The notes beneath the pieces were generated by a model. It ran no database searches, was not told the DNA's origin, and saw nothing but the letters and a program-made list of their open reading frames with translations. A stretch of DNA of 64,000 bases from Caulobacteraceae bacterium (lineage in GTDB: Bacteria > Pseudomonadota > Alphaproteobacteria > Caulobacterales > Caulobacteraceae). Positions 42,487-50,738 of the stretch are shown here, piece by piece (positions within the stretch are counted from its first letter, which is position 1; each line of letters begins with the position of its first letter). Location of the stretch: NCBI GenBank assembly GCA_019247715.1, contig JAFBAO010000107.1, positions 24,377 through 88,376 of the forward strand, read 5' to 3'. The translations under genes were made by a program, and so were the position numbers.

Positions 42487-43296
42487 ATGGGCTACGAGGC
42501 CGCCCTGGCGGGCTACGAGAAGTTCGACTTCCGCGACGGGCGCTGGACCAGACCCGTCTGGCGACGCGGATCGGGGCCGGCGGTGATCGTGATCCATGAG
42601 ATGCCGGGCCTGCATCCCGGCGTGATCGCCTTCGCGGACCGGGTGGCGGCGGCCGGCATGACCGTGTTCTGCCCTGTCCTCTTCGGGGTCGCCGGTCGAC
42701 CGATGACCCATCCTGGCGGGCTCCTCACCATGCTCGGGGGCCTTTGCATCCGGCGCGAGTTCGCCGTCTGGTCCGCGGGACGCTCGAGCCCGATCGTGGA
42801 TTGGCTGCGCGCCCTTTCGCGCCAGGCCCGCGCCGAGTGCGGCGGCAAAGGGGTGGGCGCGGTGGGCATGTGCTTCACCGGCGGCTTCGCCCTGGCGATG
42901 ATGACCGAGCCGGCCGTGACCGCCCCGGTGCTCTCGCAACCCTCTCTGCCGATGGCGCCCGGGAGCCGGCGCCGCGCGGCCGGCGTCGACGCCTCGGCCG
43001 CCGAGATCGCCTGCGCCCGACGGCGCTTCGCCGAGGAGGACCTCTCGATGATCGGGCTGCGCTTCCTGGGCGACCCCATGGTCCCGGACGCCCGGTTCGA
43101 CACCCTCAAGCGCGAGTTCGGCGACCGGTTCGAGGCCATCGAGATCGAGCCGCAGGACGCGGCCCCCGGGCCCCTCAAGAACCCCCATTCGGTGCTGACC
43201 GCCAACCTCGCCGAAACTGGCCCCACCAAGGCCGCCGAGACGCGGGTGATCGCCTTCTTCCGCGAGCGGACCGGCGCAGGGGCCGTGAACCCATAG
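42487..43296 (+). CDS. Dienelactone hydrolase family protein
   Basis: VIVIHEMPG, GAVGMCFTGG (Cys nucleophile), HSVL. Confidence 0.85.
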   Translation: MGYEAALAGYEKFDFRDGRWTRPVWRRGSGPAVIVIHEMPGLHPGVIAFADRVAAAGMTVFCPVLFGVAGRPMTHPGGLLTMLGGLCIRREFAVWSAGRSSPIVDWLRALSRQARAECGGKGVGAVGMCFTGGFALAMMTEPAVTAPVLSQPSLPMAPGSRRRAAGVDASAAEIACARRRFAEEDLSMIGLRFLGDPMVPDARFDTLKREFGDRFEAIEIEPQDAAPGPLKNPHSVLTANLAETGPTKAAETRVIAFFRERTGAGAVNP

Positions 43297-43298
43297 GC

Positions 43299-44030
43299 TC
43301 AGGCCGTGTTGCCGGCGTCGATGGTCAGCACGGTGCCGGTGATGTTGCGCCCGCCCTCGCCCATCAGGAACTCGACGGCGGCGGCGATGTCCTCCACCTC
43401 GGCGAGCCGGCGAAGGGCGCTGCGCCGGACGATCTTTTCGAGCCCGCCCTCGCCCATGCCCTCGGTCATGTCGGTCTCGATGAAGCCCGGAGCGACGGCG
43501 TTGACGGTGACGCCGAGACGGCCGACCTCCCTGGAGAGGGATTTGGTGAACCCGATCATCGCCGCCTTGGTCGCCCCATAGGCGGCCAGGGAGTTGTAGC
43601 CGTTCGAGCCGACGATCGAGGACATGTTGATGATCCGTCCGCCGTCGGCCTCGGTCATCATGGTGCGGATGACATACTTGGTCAGCAGGATGGGCGCGGT
43701 GACGTTGACCCGGATCAGCGTGTCGATCTGGGAGTTGTGCATGTTGGTAAGCAGCGCCCCGTCGCCGACGCCGGCGTTGTTGACGAGTCCGTAGATGCCG
43801 CCGAACTCGGCCTTCAGCTTGCGCACCAGCTCGGGAATGCCCTCGACATCGGAAAGGTCGTAGGGGACGAAGCGGATCGATCCCGGCGCCTCGGCGATGG
43901 CCGCGCTGAGCTCCGCGTTCGGATTGCGGGCGAGGGCGATCATGTAATAGCCGGCCCCGGCGAGCCTGCGCACGATCGCCAGGCCGATGCCCCGGCTTCC
44001 CCCGGTCACGAGCACATTACGCAACGCCAC
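43299..44030 (-). CDS. FabG-like SDR oxidoreductase
   Basis: TGGSRGIG, NNAG, YGATK, VNAVAPGFIETDM. Confidence 0.92.
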   Translation of the reverse strand: MALRNVLVTGGSRGIGLAIVRRLAGAGYYMIALARNPNAELSAAIAEAPGSIRFVPYDLSDVEGIPELVRKLKAEFGGIYGLVNNAGVGDGALLTNMHNSQIDTLIRVNVTAPILLTKYVIRTMMTEADGGRIINMSSIVGSNGYNSLAAYGATKAAMIGFTKSLSREVGRLGVTVNAVAPGFIETDMTEGMGEGGLEKIVRRSALRRLAEVEDIAAAVEFLMGEGGRNITGTVLTIDAGNTA

Positions 44031-45414
44031 GCTCCAGCTTGCCCCCGGCGGTCATCGCCAGCGTCGGCACGATACGCACAGACGCCGGCGTTTTGAAGGG
44101 CGGCAGGGCTTCGCGGCAAGCGCGAAGCACCTCTTCCTTCACCTTCGCCTCGTCGGTCCCCTGGCGCAACGCCTGCTCAGTGAGCACCAGCTCGGCGATC
44201 ACGATCGCCCCGGTGATCGGGTTGCGCCGTCCGCGCACCAGCGACATCCGCACCGCCGGATGGCGGTTGATCACCGCCTCTACCTCTTCGGGATGCACCT
44301 TGAGGCCCCCGACGTTGATGACCCCGTTGCGGCGGCCGACGAAGTGGTACCGCGCGCCCCTGAGCTCCACCATGTCGCCGCTGTCGACGAAGCCGTCCGG
44401 CTCGGCCAGCGGCGCAGCGCCCTCGCCAAGATAGCGGCTGGCGATGCGGGTCGACTTCAGTCTGAGCGAGCCGTCCTCGACCTTGAGGCGGACGGGGCCA
44501 TCGGCCTCCAGCAGGCTGGCCGGGAAGCCCTCGAGACCGTCGGTGACCTCGAACCCGACCCCGGCCTCCGTGGAGGCGTAGGCGTGGCCCATGGGAACGC
44601 CGGGAAAGAAGTCGCGCAGACTGTCCAGAATTGCCTGATCGGCGATCTCGCCCGACAGCCGCACGTACCGCGGATGGAGCGCCTTGGCGGCCGGATTCAT
44701 CAAGGCCCAGCGCCAGTGGGAAGGCGTGCCGGTGAGATGGGTGACCTGGTGGCGCGCCAGCCGGTCGAGGAAGCTCCCCATCGGCTCGTCCGGCCCGGTG
44801 AGCACCAGCGATCCCTCGGACAGCAGGGCGCGCAGCAGGATCTGCAGGCCGCCGTAGCGGCGGACATCGTAGAAGGTGCCCCAGGTCGGCGCCGGCGCGT
44901 CAGGGGCAGGCCGCTGGATGGCGCCGCTCAGCCCCGCGAGGGTGTGGACCACCATCTTCGGCCGGCCGGAGGTGCCAGAGGTGAACATCACCCACTCGGT
45001 CACCTGCTCTTCGTGCGTCTCGCCCGCCAGGGGGGTCTTCGGCCTGACGATCGGCGCGAAGGCCAGGCCCGAGAGCGCCGCCGGCGGGGCCTTTTCCGAC
45101 ACCACCGCATCCAGCGCCGCGACCTCGGCCACGTAGGGGAGATGCTCCTCCTCGAGATCGGGAGGGCAGATCACCAGGCGCGAGGCGACCCCATCCAGCT
45201 CCACCAGGGCGAGGGCCGCGAACAGCGGATCTTTCACCCGGACAAGCACCGAACGGCCCGCCAGGCCCGCGAGCGTCTGGCCGAGACCGGTGCCGTAGGC
45301 GACGTCGCCCAGCCGCACCCGGCGCCGTGCCCCCCAGAGCCAGCGGTCGCCCAGGCGTTGGGAGGTCGTCAGGGTTCGGCGGAGCGGCGCGGGATCAGGG
45401 CGTGGCGTTCTCAT
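44017..45414 (-). CDS. ANL-superfamily adenylate-forming ligase (acyl-AMP/acyl-carrier ligase)
   Basis: FTSGTSGRPK, YASTEAG, DSGD, GRRNGVINVGGLKVHPEEVE, C-terminal GGKL. Confidence 0.88.
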   Translation of the reverse strand: MRTPRPDPAPLRRTLTTSQRLGDRWLWGARRRVRLGDVAYGTGLGQTLAGLAGRSVLVRVKDPLFAALALVELDGVASRLVICPPDLEEEHLPYVAEVAALDAVVSEKAPPAALSGLAFAPIVRPKTPLAGETHEEQVTEWVMFTSGTSGRPKMVVHTLAGLSGAIQRPAPDAPAPTWGTFYDVRRYGGLQILLRALLSEGSLVLTGPDEPMGSFLDRLARHQVTHLTGTPSHWRWALMNPAAKALHPRYVRLSGEIADQAILDSLRDFFPGVPMGHAYASTEAGVGFEVTDGLEGFPASLLEADGPVRLKVEDGSLRLKSTRIASRYLGEGAAPLAEPDGFVDSGDMVELRGARYHFVGRRNGVINVGGLKVHPEEVEAVINRHPAVRMSLVRGRRNPITGAIVIAELVLTEQALRQGTDEAKVKEEVLRACREALPPFKTPASVRIVPTLAMTAGGKLERGVA

Positions 45415-45634
45415 AGAAGCGAATAAAGTCGCCCACGGTCACCGGGAAATAAACGTCTTCCGACAGGCTGAAGGGGTCAAACCCCAGTTCATCCTCTAGG
45501 ATCGCCACGATGATCGCGAAGCAAAGGGAATCCAGTCCCGACTCCAGCAGGGTGAGCCCGTCCGAAAGCGTCGCCAGGGTACGGTCCTGGGCCACGGCCA
45601 CCCGGCGGAACGCCGCCAGGATCGTCGCGCGCAC
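45395..45634 (-). CDS. Carrier protein 2 (acyl carrier protein)
   Basis: LLESGLDSLCFAIIVAILEDELGFDPF; GTG start at 45634 preferred, upstream ATG 45733 also possible. Confidence 0.82.
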   Translation of the reverse strand: MRATILAAFRRVAVAQDRTLATLSDGLTLLESGLDSLCFAIIVAILEDELGFDPFSLSEDVYFPVTVGDFIRFYENATP

Positions 45635-45745
45635 GGAGCCCGGCTCGCCCTCGAAAGGCGTTTCCGGAGCGCACGCTTCTTGCTCACCGGCGTCCAAGGC
45701 GCCTTGCCCGCGCTCCCTGGTCGCATCGTTCATGGTCCGCTCCTA

Positions 45746-46603
45746 ATGCCGCCGTCGCCGCAAGTCCGTTGCCGCCAGATCCGGGAAGCCGACCTGACGC
45801 AGGTCGCCGACCTCCTGACCCGAGGCTTTCCAAAGCGCGCTCGCAAATATTGGACCAGCGGTCTGGAGCGCCTCGCGGCCTGCCCGATCATCGAGGGTTG
45901 TCCGAGATTCGGCTATCTTCTGGAGGCCGACGGCGAGGTGGTCGGCGCCCTGCTGCTGATCTTCCACCAGACAGGCGCGGGAGCGGACGCCCGAATCCGC
46001 TGCAACGTGTCGAGCTGGTATGTGGAGCCGGCGTTCCGTAGCCATGCGCCGCTCCTCGTTTCCCTGGCCCTGAAGCTGAAGCACGTCACCTACGTGAACA
46101 TCTCGGCCGCCGTCCACACCCTCCCGATGCTGAAGGCGCAGGGGTACAGCCTTTACAGCCAGGGCCAGTTTGTCGCCATCCCCGCCCTGGCGGCCGCAGG
46201 TCGGGTGCGCGCCCGGTTCTTAGGCGCCGGCTCGGACCTCGTTCCGCCCGAGCGGGAGTTGATCGAAACGCATGTGGCCGCCGGCTGTGTGGCGGTGATT
46301 TGCGAGACCGACGGGGACGCGCTGCCCTTCCTCTTCGCCCGTCGCCGCATCGCCTACGCGCCCTTCGGGGTCCTCCAGCTCGTCTACTGCCGGGACACCG
46401 CCGATTTCTCGCGCTGCGCCGGCGCCATCGGTCGGCTCCTTTTGGCACGCGGGGTCCTGGCGGTGCTTTGCGACGCCGACGCCCCGCTCGCGGGCCTCCC
46501 CGGCTTCCTTTTCAGGAACAAGGGCGCGAGGCATTTCAAAGGTCCGGACCGGCCGCGCCTCAACGACCTTTCCTACACCGAGCTCGTCCTCTTCGGCGCC
46601 TGA
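45746..46603 (+). CDS. GNAT/Fem-like acyl- or aminoacyl-transferase
   Basis: IREADL..VADLL..GF, GYLLEADGEVVG, NVSSWYVEPAFR; length consistent with a tandem GNAT fold. Confidence 0.65.
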   Translation: MPPSPQVRCRQIREADLTQVADLLTRGFPKRARKYWTSGLERLAACPIIEGCPRFGYLLEADGEVVGALLLIFHQTGAGADARIRCNVSSWYVEPAFRSHAPLLVSLALKLKHVTYVNISAAVHTLPMLKAQGYSLYSQGQFVAIPALAAAGRVRARFLGAGSDLVPPERELIETHVAAGCVAVICETDGDALPFLFARRRIAYAPFGVLQLVYCRDTADFSRCAGAIGRLLLARGVLAVLCDADAPLAGLPGFLFRNKGARHFKGPDRPRLNDLSYTELVLFGA

Positions 46604-46670
46604 GACGCGGGGCCCCGCGGCGGCTCGGCCCGCCCTTGCTGCAACGCGGCGGCGCGACCATTTTTTGGCC

Positions 46671-47618
46671 ATGCCGTATGATGTTTCCGAGTGGCTGGAC
46701 GAGCCGCTCGATCCCTATTCCGCCCGGGTCGCTCACGCTTTCGAGACGGTCGGCCCGAGCGTCGTCCACATCTCCGCTCAGCAGGCGAACGGCCGGACCG
46801 GAACCGGCTCGGGCGTGATCTTCGCCCCTGACGGCTACCTAGTCACCAATAGCCACGTGGTGGCCAACGCCGCCCGCCTCTCGGCCAGCATGACCGACGG
46901 GCGCCGCTTCGAGGCGCGGCTGGTGGGCGACGATCCGGCCACCGACCTCGCGGTCCTGCGGCTGGACGCCGCCAGCCTGCCCCATGCGCAGTTCGGCGCT
47001 TCCGCCCGGTTGCGGGTGGGCCAGCTCGTGGTCGCCATCGGCAACCCGCTCGGGTTCCAGGCGACCGTGACCGCCGGCATCGTCAGCGCCTTGGGGCGCA
47101 CCTTGCGCTCCCCGAGCGGCCGCCTGATCGAGAGCGTCATCCAGACCGACGCGCCCCTCAATCCCGGCAACTCCGGCGGCGCCCTGGTGGACGGCGCCGG
47201 CCGGGTGATCGGGGTCAACACCGCCATGGTGGGCCAGGCCCAAGGCCTCTGCTTCGCCATCGGCGCCGACACCGTCACCGACGTGGCCGTCCGGCTCATG
47301 CGGGACGGCCGGGTGCGCCGGGCCAGGCTGGGCCTGGCCGCCCAGACCACCCCCCTGGACCCGAGGCTGGCCCGGCGGCTGGGACGCAGCGGCGGCACGG
47401 CGGTGCTGGTCTCGGAAGCGACCCCGGCGGGCCCGGCCGCCCTGGCGGGGGTCGAGGCGGGAGACCTGGTCCTGGAGTTCGCCGGCGCGGCGGTCTTCAC
47501 GGTCGACGACCTCCACCGGCTGCTCACCGCCGAGATCGCCGGCGTCGAGGCGGAACTGAAGCTGATCCGCCGCGGCAGGATCGAGACCCTGACGCTCCGC
47601 CCGGATCTCGACGCCTAA
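46671..47618 (+). CDS. HtrA/trypsin-like serine protease with PDZ domain
   Basis: TNSHVV, TDLAVL, QTDAPLNPGNSGG triad; C-terminal PDZ; no signal peptide. Confidence 0.92.
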   Translation: MPYDVSEWLDEPLDPYSARVAHAFETVGPSVVHISAQQANGRTGTGSGVIFAPDGYLVTNSHVVANAARLSASMTDGRRFEARLVGDDPATDLAVLRLDAASLPHAQFGASARLRVGQLVVAIGNPLGFQATVTAGIVSALGRTLRSPSGRLIESVIQTDAPLNPGNSGGALVDGAGRVIGVNTAMVGQAQGLCFAIGADTVTDVAVRLMRDGRVRRARLGLAAQTTPLDPRLARRLGRSGGTAVLVSEATPAGPAALAGVEAGDLVLEFAGAAVFTVDDLHRLLTAEIAGVEAELKLIRRGRIETLTLRPDLDA

Positions 47619-47706
47619 GGCCCCTCCGGCTTGCCCGCGGCGGGCTTGCCGGCGCGGCGGGCCCAGGCCACCATGGCCAAAACAATCGAACCTTCCGGGA
47701 GGCGAC

Positions 47707-48582
47707 ATGATCACCGGGGAAGTCATCGCCGACGGCCTAGGCGTGGCCGAGGGTCCGTGCTGGTGCGCCGACGGGAGCGTCGTCGTGACCAGCGTCGATC
47801 AGGGCGTGCTCTACCGGATCAGTCCGCAGGGCGGCGAGGCGGCGGTTCTGGCGCGCACCAGAGGCGGTCCGAACGGAGCGGCCCCCGCCGCGGACGGCGG
47901 CTTCATCGTCACCCAGAACGGCGGGTTCGACTTCAACCAGGTGGGCCTGAAGACGCCGCCCCCCGACTTGGTCGAGCCCGGGCTGCAGCGCGTCGCGCCC
48001 GACGGGTCGGTGAGCTATCTGCTGCAGGGCGGCTTCCAGTCGCCCAACGACCTGGTGGTCGCGCCGGACGGAACCCTCTATTTTACCGACCCCCCGCGCT
48101 TCCCGTTCGAGCCGGAGGCGCGGGGCGGGCGCGTGTGGTCGCTTGCGGCGGGCGCCCGAGAGGCGCAAGTGGTCGCGGCCGGCTTCGTCTTCTGCAACGG
48201 GATCGGCGTGGCGCCTGACGGCGGCATTCTGCCCACCGAGCACGGCGGGATCGTCCGCCTTTCGGGCGCAGACGAGCGACCTTGGGTCATCCGGCACGCC
48301 GCCGACGTGGACGGGTTCTGCCTGGACGCCGAGGGGCGGATATACGCCTCCATTCCCTCCGAGCGCGGCGTGCGCGTCTTCGAGGACGGGCGCAGCGTCG
48401 ACTTCCTGCCGCTTCCCGGCGCCGATCGCCTCGGCCCGGGCGAGATCATGTGGTGCACCAACTGCTGTTTCGGCGGCGAGGACATGCGCACGCTGTTCGC
48501 CACGACAGGGTTTCCGGGCCGTCTTGTGGCCTTCACGGGAATGCCCACCGCGGGCGCGCCGGTCCGTCCCTGGCCGGCCTGA
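47707..48582 (+). CDS. SMP-30/gluconolactonase family protein
   Basis: AEGPCW, GPNGAA, SPNDLVVAPDGTLYFTDP, NGIG, DGFCLDAEG, TNCCFGG. Confidence 0.9.
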   Translation: MITGEVIADGLGVAEGPCWCADGSVVVTSVDQGVLYRISPQGGEAAVLARTRGGPNGAAPAADGGFIVTQNGGFDFNQVGLKTPPPDLVEPGLQRVAPDGSVSYLLQGGFQSPNDLVVAPDGTLYFTDPPRFPFEPEARGGRVWSLAAGAREAQVVAAGFVFCNGIGVAPDGGILPTEHGGIVRLSGADERPWVIRHAADVDGFCLDAEGRIYASIPSERGVRVFEDGRSVDFLPLPGADRLGPGEIMWCTNCCFGGEDMRTLFATTGFPGRLVAFTGMPTAGAPVRPWPA

Positions 48583-48619
48583 CCAGCGCTCGCCCAAGCC
48601 GGCCAGGCGTCGCCAGCGG

Positions 48620-48786
48620 CTAGTGTCCCGATTCCGAAGTTCGCTAGCGTGAGCGGCGCTTCCGGTCGAACTTCGGAATCGATAGGGACACTAGCCAAGT
48701 ATATGTTTCTAGTGTGGTCTACGGATCAGAAGTTCGCCACAGCGCCCGCCGCGACAATGGGGCGAACTTCTGATCCACCACACTAG
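48620..48786. repeat. Composite CTAG-bounded double-hairpin element (MITE/REP-like)
   Basis: Unit 1 at 48620-48694 and unit 2 at 48709-48786. Each has CTAGTGT...ACACTAG ends, a GAAGTTCG/CGAACTTC core and a 4-nt RTAG bulge; the units are in opposite orientation. Confidence 0.8.
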
Positions 48787-49724
48787 AGCGTCTTCGGATC
48801 CCCGACGACCAGCGAGCCGCGCTCCAGCCAGGCGAGCAGGGTCGGATCGTACCGCGCCCGGGTCGTCTCCTCGTAGAACCTCAGCGACTCCTCGCTGAGC
48901 ACCCCCCGCCACTGGGCGTTCTCTCCCTTGTGGAAGAAGCCGCGGTTGTCGCGCCAGAGCTTGTGATGGGCGTCCGGCGCGGTGCGGTCGGCGTTGGACT
49001 TCATCGCCTCGAAGCTCGCCGCCTCCACCAGCGTGGCCCACTTCTCCGGCTCCACATCGACGCCGAGCAACCCCGCCAGCCGGCGCATCTGCCCGGCGAG
49101 GTCCGCCTTCAGGTCGGCGTAGTGGAGGAAGTGGATGTTGGGCAGGCGCCGATGCGCCCAGAAGCGCTCAGCGTGACGGAAGTGCGACCAGAAAGGGAGT
49201 CCGTCCGCCTCCCACTCGAAGCAGCCGGTGGTGAGCCAGACCTTGAACCGCTCGTTGATGTCGTCGGGCAGCGGCGGCGGTGGGACGAGCTCCACCCCCT
49301 GGGCCGCCAGAAGCCGCATCGCCTGCAGGATGTCGGCGTTGGCCAGGTGGGCTTGCAACGACATGAACACGTCGCGCGGATCGCGGCCGCAGACGACGTA
49401 TCTGACGTTCGGATAGTACGGCAGCCCGTCGAGCGCCGTGTGGCTCTTGACGATGCGGCGGAACCCCTGGGCGTCCAGATCCGCCACCACCGTTTCGATG
49501 GGCGACACCTGAAGGTCGAGCCATGGCGAGAGCTCGCCGAGGGGCGCCGGCAGGTCCGGGGTCTGGTGGATCAGGAGGGCGCAAAGCATCTGCGTCCAGG
49601 TGGTGCCGGCCTTGTAGGAGGTGCAGACGATCACGTCGCCGTCGCGGGGCCTGAAATGCGCCCAGCGGCTGCTGTCGAAGACCATGTTCCGGTAGCGGCG
49701 TTCTAACTTTGGCGTTGCGTTCAT
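48783..49724 (-). CDS. PAPS-dependent sulfotransferase (Sulfotransfer_1)
   Basis: TSYKAGTTW (5'-PSB), RDPRDVFMS (3'-PB), LHYADLKAD, FFHKG. Confidence 0.88.
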   Translation of the reverse strand: MNATPKLERRYRNMVFDSSRWAHFRPRDGDVIVCTSYKAGTTWTQMLCALLIHQTPDLPAPLGELSPWLDLQVSPIETVVADLDAQGFRRIVKSHTALDGLPYYPNVRYVVCGRDPRDVFMSLQAHLANADILQAMRLLAAQGVELVPPPPLPDDINERFKVWLTTGCFEWEADGLPFWSHFRHAERFWAHRRLPNIHFLHYADLKADLAGQMRRLAGLLGVDVEPEKWATLVEAASFEAMKSNADRTAPDAHHKLWRDNRGFFHKGENAQWRGVLSEESLRFYEETTRARYDPTLLAWLERGSLVVGDPKTL

Positions 49725-49743
49725 GGACCGTCGATGTCGCGGC

Positions 49744-49755
49744 CGAAATATTTCG
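49744..49755. promoter_or_regulatory. Perfect 12-bp palindrome, possible operator of the sulfotransferase gene
   Basis: CGAAATATTTCG, about 20 nt upstream of ATG 49724. Confidence 0.35.
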
Positions 49756-49815
49756 AGGGGCCGGACCATGGCGGTCAACGGCGCGCGGGTAAAGCGTCCC
49801 GTCGCCCGAAAAGGC

Positions 49816-50715
49816 TCAACCGGCCCGGGCCAGCACCGACGAGGCGTGTGCGAAGTCGCGGTAGAGGGCGCTCGCCTGGCGGAAGACCGGTCCGGGCTGC
49901 ATGGCGCGATCGTCGATGCGGGTGATGGCGGCGACCTTGGCGAAGTTGCCGGCCGAGAAGATCTCGTCCGCGTCGAGGAAGTCGGCGTAGGTCAGCGATG
50001 CCTCCACCACGGTCCGGCCGGCCTCGCGCAGCAGGCCGATCACCCGGCGTCGGGTGATGCCGTTGAGGAAAGTTCCGTTCGGGGCGGGGGTGAAGACGAT
50101 CCCGTCCTTGGCGAAGAAGATGTTCGAGTTGGCGAGCTCGGCAATGTTGCCCAGCATGTCGGGGAGCAGGCAGTTGTCGAAGCCGCGCGCGGCCGCCTCG
50201 AAGAGCGCCCGGGCGTTGTTGGGATAGAGGCAGCCCGCCTTGGCGTCCACCGGGGCCGTCTCCATGGTCGGCCGGCGGAAGGGCGACAGGGTGATGGCGA
50301 TCTCCCGCGCGCCGGGCATCGGGGACTCGTAGAGGCAGAGGCACCAGCGGGTGGACTCCGGATCGAATTTCACGCCGCCGCCCAGGCCCACGTCCGCCCA
50401 GTACATGGGCCGCACATAAAGCGGGGTGTCGGGAGCGAAGCGCCGCACGCCGTCGCGCACGAGGTCCATCCACGCCGCTTCCGAAACCACCGGCTTCAGC
50501 AGGAAGCGGCGGGCGGAATCGTTGACCCGCGCCAGATGCAGGTCGAGATCCGGCGACGTCCCCTCGTAGATGCGGCCGCCGTCGAACACGCTGGAGCAGA
50601 GCCAGGCGCCATGGGTCCTGGGGCCCATGATGGCGACATTGCCCTCATGCCACTCGCCCTCGAAGAAGGTCCAGGTGGCCGAGATGGGTTGGGCGGTGGA
50701 GACGACGGCGGACAT
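49816..50715 (-). CDS. Class IV PLP aminotransferase (branched-chain aminotransferase-like)
   Basis: SVFDGGR, LYVRPM, AKAGCLYPNN, ELANSNIF, FLNGITR. Confidence 0.88.
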   Translation of the reverse strand: MSAVVSTAQPISATWTFFEGEWHEGNVAIMGPRTHGAWLCSSVFDGGRIYEGTSPDLDLHLARVNDSARRFLLKPVVSEAAWMDLVRDGVRRFAPDTPLYVRPMYWADVGLGGGVKFDPESTRWCLCLYESPMPGAREIAITLSPFRRPTMETAPVDAKAGCLYPNNARALFEAAARGFDNCLLPDMLGNIAELANSNIFFAKDGIVFTPAPNGTFLNGITRRRVIGLLREAGRTVVEASLTYADFLDADEIFSAGNFAKVAAITRIDDRAMQPGPVFRQASALYRDFAHASSVLARAG

Positions 50716-50738
50716 GCGGCTCTTTCCGTGCGAGCGGC

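Noticed and set aside
45681-45696. Minus-strand TGGACG-CCGGT-GAGCA as a sigma54 promoter for carrier 2
   Set aside because: Only GG and GC match; too weak in GC-rich DNA to list as a feature
48620-48786. Repeats read as a mini CRISPR array
   Set aside because: Units are inverted, non-identical long hairpins with no repeat-spacer periodicity, and no cas genes are present
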